A stretch of 63,241 bases of DNA, the filler included. It is 7 parts of 7 records of this genome, joined end to end, with 100 filler letters (N's around TTAATTAATTAA, not from the genome) between each part and the next. Parts side by side here need not be neighbours in the genome. Positions count along the whole stretch, not along the records: positions 59,474 to 63,241 come from SRR20825010_6923; 6 more parts are not named here. One strand, given 5' to 3'. The notes under the pieces are model-generated. The model ran no database searches, was not told the DNA's origin, and was given only the letters and a program-made list of their open reading frames with translations. The translations under genes and the position numbers were made by a program. Shown one piece after another: positions 59,374-63,241 of this stretch. Each line of letters begins with the position of its first letter. Position 1 is the first letter of the stretch.

Positions 59374-59473
59374 NNNNNNNNNNNNNNNNNNNNNNNNNNN
59401 NNNNNNNNNNNNNNNNNTTAATTAATTAANNNNNNNNNNNNNNNNNNNNNNNNNNNNNNNNNNNNNNNNNNNN
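59374..59473. other. Artificial contig linker
   Basis: N44-TTAATTAATTAA-N44. Confidence 0.98.
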
Positions 59474-59608
59474 GGATACGTAATCCCTGGGGCCTTAATT
59501 GATCCAAAGGGAGCTGTCCCTGACCGGACCCGTGGGTCCGGACATATGGCGCCCACCTACGTTGTAGGTTCCCAGGATCAATAAATCCATCGGTTGCCGT
59601 GGATCGCA
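59474..59608 (+). ncRNA. ssrS: 6S RNA (5'-truncated)
   Basis: ATCCCTGGGGCCTTA...GGGAGCTGTCCCTG...CCGGACCCGTGGGTCCGG...GGCGCCCACCT...CCCAGGAT matches the alphaproteobacterial 6S pattern as I recall it, with long-range complementarity. Confidence 0.82.
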
Positions 59609-59721
59609 CTCAGTCTTTCGATGATGTTCGGATCAGGCCCGTGGGCTGCAGCTGCCTGCCGTGGCCGGCGGGAACGGCTGTCCAACCCTACAAATTCCAT
59701 CGGCCGCAGGCAGGCGACGGT

Positions 59722-60450
59722 TCAGTCCTTCGCCTTCGGGGAGTTGCTGTTGGCGAATGCAAGGCGAATGCGTTTGTAGCATTCACAGGACTTGCCTTCC
59801 AGAATGCTGCGATCTGTGATTGTCACATTACCGCGCGTGTATTTGAGTGCGCCCGCATTCATCAAGGCGTTGCACACCGAGCTGACCGTCGCGCGGCGCA
59901 TGCCCAGGACCTTGGATATCCCCTGCTGGGTCAGTTGAAATGTGTCCGAGTTCACGCGGTCATGGGCGTGCAGAAGCCAACGGCTGACCCGCTGTTCGGC
60001 CTTGTGAAGACTGTTGCAGGCAACGGATTCCATCAATTGCACGGTCAGCGACTTGGCGTAACGCATCATGGCGTCGCGGACGCAGGGATAATTCTCGATT
60101 GCCTCGTCGAGATCCTTGATCGAAATCCAGGACGCATATCCGGGAACCTGAACCGTCGGCTCGCTGATCGTCTTGCCGCCACCGAAAATGAAGGCAATGC
60201 CAATGAACCCTTCATTGCCGATCGAGGCTTTCTCGACGCTTCGTCCGTCCTGCATCTGGGCCATCAGGCATATGACACCCTCATGCGGAAAGATCGCGTG
60301 GGTGAACAGTTCCCCGTCCTTGTAGAGAACCTGACCCTCCGACAATCGCTTGACGACGGCGCGTGACTCCAGGAATGCGGTTGCATCGGGCCGCAATGCC
60401 AGCAGGATTTTGTTCCGGGTGTCGAAATCACCGATCATTTCAGTTTTCAA
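59722..60450 (-). CDS. Crp/Fnr-family regulator (C-terminal CECY subtype)
   Basis: cNMP-like domain, ACNSLH, RVSRWLL, HTH LTQQGISKVLGMRRATVS, SCECY. Confidence 0.9.
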   Translation of the reverse strand: MKTEMIGDFDTRNKILLALRPDATAFLESRAVVKRLSEGQVLYKDGELFTHAIFPHEGVICLMAQMQDGRSVEKASIGNEGFIGIAFIFGGGKTISEPTVQVPGYASWISIKDLDEAIENYPCVRDAMMRYAKSLTVQLMESVACNSLHKAEQRVSRWLLHAHDRVNSDTFQLTQQGISKVLGMRRATVSSVCNALMNAGALKYTRGNVTITDRSILEGKSCECYKRIRLAFANSNSPKAKD

Positions 60451-60607
60451 TTCTCTTCGCCTTTTGCGGATCCATCACTGGATCCAATTCAACACAAAGT
60501 ACGTCTTAATAACGAAAATAGTAAAGAATTGTTAATTATATTGTACGTACGGTATCGTTCACATGCAGAGCGATAACGTTCATAAAGACATTTTCAGATG
60601 AACGGAC

Positions 60608-62875
60608 GTGTTGGGGGACATGCCAATGATTCTTGAGGAAACCGACGGCGGTCACGGCAATTTTTCCAGCGCTACTCAATCCAGAGGCGGGTATTCTGTT
60701 CAGAACATAGCGTATCATGAAGCATGCAATGAGTTGATCGCTTACAAAGAAGCTTTAGATCAAAATACTATTGTATCGATTACGAACAGATCTGGAGTGA
60801 TAACCTACGCAAATGAAAAATTCTGTAAAATAAGCAAATATAGAAACGAAGAGCTTGTCGGACGGAAGATAAGCCTCTTGAACTCCGGATTCCACACACG
60901 GGAGTTCTTTCCGGACATGTGGAGAACCATTGGCAGCGGCCGTCCCTGGCGGGCCGAAATATGCAATCGTGACAAAAATGGTGATTGCTATTGGGTCGAT
61001 ACGACTATCGTGCCCAAACGCAATCAGTTCGGAAAAATCGATGGATACGTCTCGATCCGGTACGATATTACCGAACGCAAGGCGATTGAAAAGGCCCTGC
61101 ATGATGAAGTGGAAAAGAGAAGAGATACGGAACTACTTCTTCGGGAATTGATCGCAACCATTCCTGATGGCGTTGTTGCATTTGATGTGGATGACAAATT
61201 ACTTCATTTCAACAAGGCGTATAAGGATTTTCACACGGCGAAAGCGAAGCATCTTGTCGCGGGGATGTCGTTTGCGGACTTGCTCAAGATTGCTGTTGAA
61301 AACAATCAGTATCAGGGCCTGCCCGAGGATCCGAAGGCACGTGAAGCCTACATTGAAAGCCGGCTAAAGCGGCATTACAATCCGGGCAATCCGATCATTC
61401 AGCAATTGAGTGACGGCCGCTGGATCCAGGTGCAGGAACGGCGTTCGAAGGCGGGCTACACAGTCGGCATCTGCACCGACATCACCGACATCAAGCAGGC
61501 CGAGAAAACGATAAAGATCCAGGCCGAGCAGGATTCCCTGACGGGTTTGTCGAACCGCTCCGTGCTGATCAACCGGCTGACCAGGGCCCTGGGCGACCGC
61601 AAGGGTGTCGAGCAGACCGGTGCGCTAGTTCTGATCGATCTCGATCATTTCAAGGATGTGAACGACACGCTTGGCCATGACGCGGGGGACAAGCTGCTGA
61701 TCGAGGTCGCCCAGCGGCTTACCGAGGTCCTGCGCAAGACCGACACGGTGGCGCGCATCGGCGGAGACGAATTTGCGATCTTGCTGCCCAATGTCAGCAC
61801 CATCTCAGAAGTCGATAAGATCGGCGAGAAAATCGTGTCGAGGCTCAGCGAAATCTTCATGTTGGGTCACAGGGTCGTGCGCCCGGGCTGCAGTCTGGGA
61901 GTGACGTTCTTTCCCGCCGATGGATCTACGCCAAAGGACTTGCTGAAGAACGCCGATATCGCCCTGTACCATGCCAAGGCGAGAGGCCGCGGCGTCTGGT
62001 CGTTTTACAATCCCGCGCACAAGCGGCAGGTGGAGCAGCGCCAGGCGACTGCCGATGCGTTGCGTGCGGCGCTCTCTGAAAACCAGATCGAAATCGCGGC
62101 CCAGACCCAGGTTTGCTTCCGCACGGGCAAGCATATCGGGTTCGAGATCCTCGCCCGATGGAAACACCGCGGAAGCTACGTGCCGCCATCGGAATTCATT
62201 CCGGTTGCAGAAGAAACCGGGCTGATCATCCCGCTCGGCCAGGCGGTCCTGGAGCAAGCCATGTCGATGGTGCGCGACATCAGGGACAAGGGCCTTGATC
62301 CCGGCCGGGTTGCGGTCAATGTCGCCGCTTCCCAGCTCAAGCAGCACGATTTTGCCGGAACGGTGATCTCGATGCTTGACCGGTATGGGCTTGAAGCCGA
62401 TGTGCTGGAAATCGAAGTCACGGAAAATGTGCTGCTCGATCGCGTCAGCAACCAGATCGGGCGGTCGCTGGATGACCTGCACCGTCTCGGCGTGCAGATC
62501 GCGCTCGATGATTTTGGCACCGGTCATGCGTCGCTTTCGCATCTCAAGCGGTTCCCCGTGCACTGTCTCAAGATCGATCAGTCCTTCGTCCGCGAGATCC
62601 AGACCGGAACCGAGGACGCGATCATCGTTCGAGCGATCATCAATCTCGCCCACAATCTCGGCATGCGGGTGGTTGCAGAGGGTATCGAGACCCGGGATCA
62701 GTTCGAGCTTCTGCGCGAGCAGGCCTGCGATGTCGGGCAAGGCTATCTGCTTGGAAAGCCGGTCGCTCCTGCAGAGGCGTTTTCGTTTTGCGCGCCTGCC
62801 GCGTTTGACGAACCGGCAACAGATATCGATCCGGGACGGTTTGCTCCCGGACTGAAACGAGCCGCATCAGGTTAG
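60608..62875 (+). CDS. PAS-PAS-GGDEF-EAL diguanylate cyclase/phosphodiesterase
   Basis: PAS (YANEKFC...YWVDTTIVP), DLDHFKDVND, RIGGDEF, EIL variant, DDFGTG, LKIDQSF, AEGIE. Confidence 0.93.
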   Translation: MLGDMPMILEETDGGHGNFSSATQSRGGYSVQNIAYHEACNELIAYKEALDQNTIVSITNRSGVITYANEKFCKISKYRNEELVGRKISLLNSGFHTREFFPDMWRTIGSGRPWRAEICNRDKNGDCYWVDTTIVPKRNQFGKIDGYVSIRYDITERKAIEKALHDEVEKRRDTELLLRELIATIPDGVVAFDVDDKLLHFNKAYKDFHTAKAKHLVAGMSFADLLKIAVENNQYQGLPEDPKAREAYIESRLKRHYNPGNPIIQQLSDGRWIQVQERRSKAGYTVGICTDITDIKQAEKTIKIQAEQDSLTGLSNRSVLINRLTRALGDRKGVEQTGALVLIDLDHFKDVNDTLGHDAGDKLLIEVAQRLTEVLRKTDTVARIGGDEFAILLPNVSTISEVDKIGEKIVSRLSEIFMLGHRVVRPGCSLGVTFFPADGSTPKDLLKNADIALYHAKARGRGVWSFYNPAHKRQVEQRQATADALRAALSENQIEIAAQTQVCFRTGKHIGFEILARWKHRGSYVPPSEFIPVAEETGLIIPLGQAVLEQAMSMVRDIRDKGLDPGRVAVNVAASQLKQHDFAGTVISMLDRYGLEADVLEIEVTENVLLDRVSNQIGRSLDDLHRLGVQIALDDFGTGHASLSHLKRFPVHCLKIDQSFVREIQTGTEDAIIVRAIINLAHNLGMRVVAEGIETRDQFELLREQACDVGQGYLLGKPVAPAEAFSFCAPAAFDEPATDIDPGRFAPGLKRAASG

Positions 62876-62986
62876 AGTTTCGCGGTGCATGGCATAGGAG
62901 CTCCGGAAAATTAATAAGAACAGATAGTTGCGAACCGGAACCGGCAGTGGAGCAGTTTACTCAAAACACCACAAAGGACGGGAACA

Positions 62987-63241
62987 ATGAAGAATTCTAC
63001 ACATGCTGAGGTCGCATCCGACCAGGACATGCGCGGCCGGCTGGATTTTATCGGCCTGAATGAAAAGGGCTGCGCGGACTTGCGCCAGCTCAAGCCGCTG
63101 ATCGAACGCGAGCTGCCCAAGGGGCTGGACCGGTTCTACGAAACTGTGTCGAAAACGCCGGAGGCCCGGAGGTTCTTCTCCTCCGAGAAGCACATGAGCG
63201 GCGCCAAGGGCGCGCAGCTCAGGCATTGGGAATCGATTGCC
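62987..63241 (+). CDS. Globin-coupled sensor (protoglobin domain), N-terminus (runs off window)
   Basis: Translates MKNSTHAE...RLDFIGL...LDRFYETV...FF...HMSGAKGAQLRHW; not in the ORF track. Confidence 0.82.
   Translation, partial: MKNSTHAEVASDQDMRGRLDFIGLNEKGCADLRQLKPLIERELPKGLDRFYETVSKTPEARRFFSSEKHMSGAKGAQLRHWESIA

Overview
The window is not one replicon. It is seven unrelated contig pieces joined by six identical 100-nt artificial linkers (N44-TTAATTAATTAA-N44). (1) 1-15107, GC-rich alphaproteobacterium: housekeeping run ychF-pth-rplY-prs-pgeF-MidA-lgt-ybjN-proC-csaA, a petP/petR-like MarR plus two-component cluster, ilvE, and a copAB copper module. (2) 15208-26434, AT-rich Flavobacteriaceae-like: TonB receptor, ferredoxin, LuxC-like reductase, serC, serA, folE, ABC ATPase, GAF histidine kinase. 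(3) 26535-34692, Bacteroidota accessory locus: T9SS cargo genes under a membrane-bound LuxR regulator and a degenerate receiver protein. Divergent from these lie a small C-terminal PCPxxC protein coupled to a multi-pass membrane protein and two kinase-less TM/coiled-coil stubs. This is the best candidate for an undescribed signalling system. (4) 34793-38890, alphaproteobacterium: cysQ, a DUF2750-like gene, an AmmeMemoRadiSam system with a B-A fusion, and an inserted frameshifted gene. (5) 38991-55468, alphaproteobacterium: tRNA-Leu fragment, NDUFA9-like gene, uppP, gltD-gltB, fzlA-queG, a DEAD-box helicase with a long structured leader, and acnA. (6) 55569-59373: kinase, SH3/crystallin secreted protein, tRNA-Pro, EPS genes. 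(7) 59474-63241: 6S RNA followed by Crp/Fnr, PAS-GGDEF-EAL and globin-coupled sensor genes. No CRISPR array, rRNA, transposase or integrase was seen. All family and taxonomy calls come from motif recognition, not database searches.
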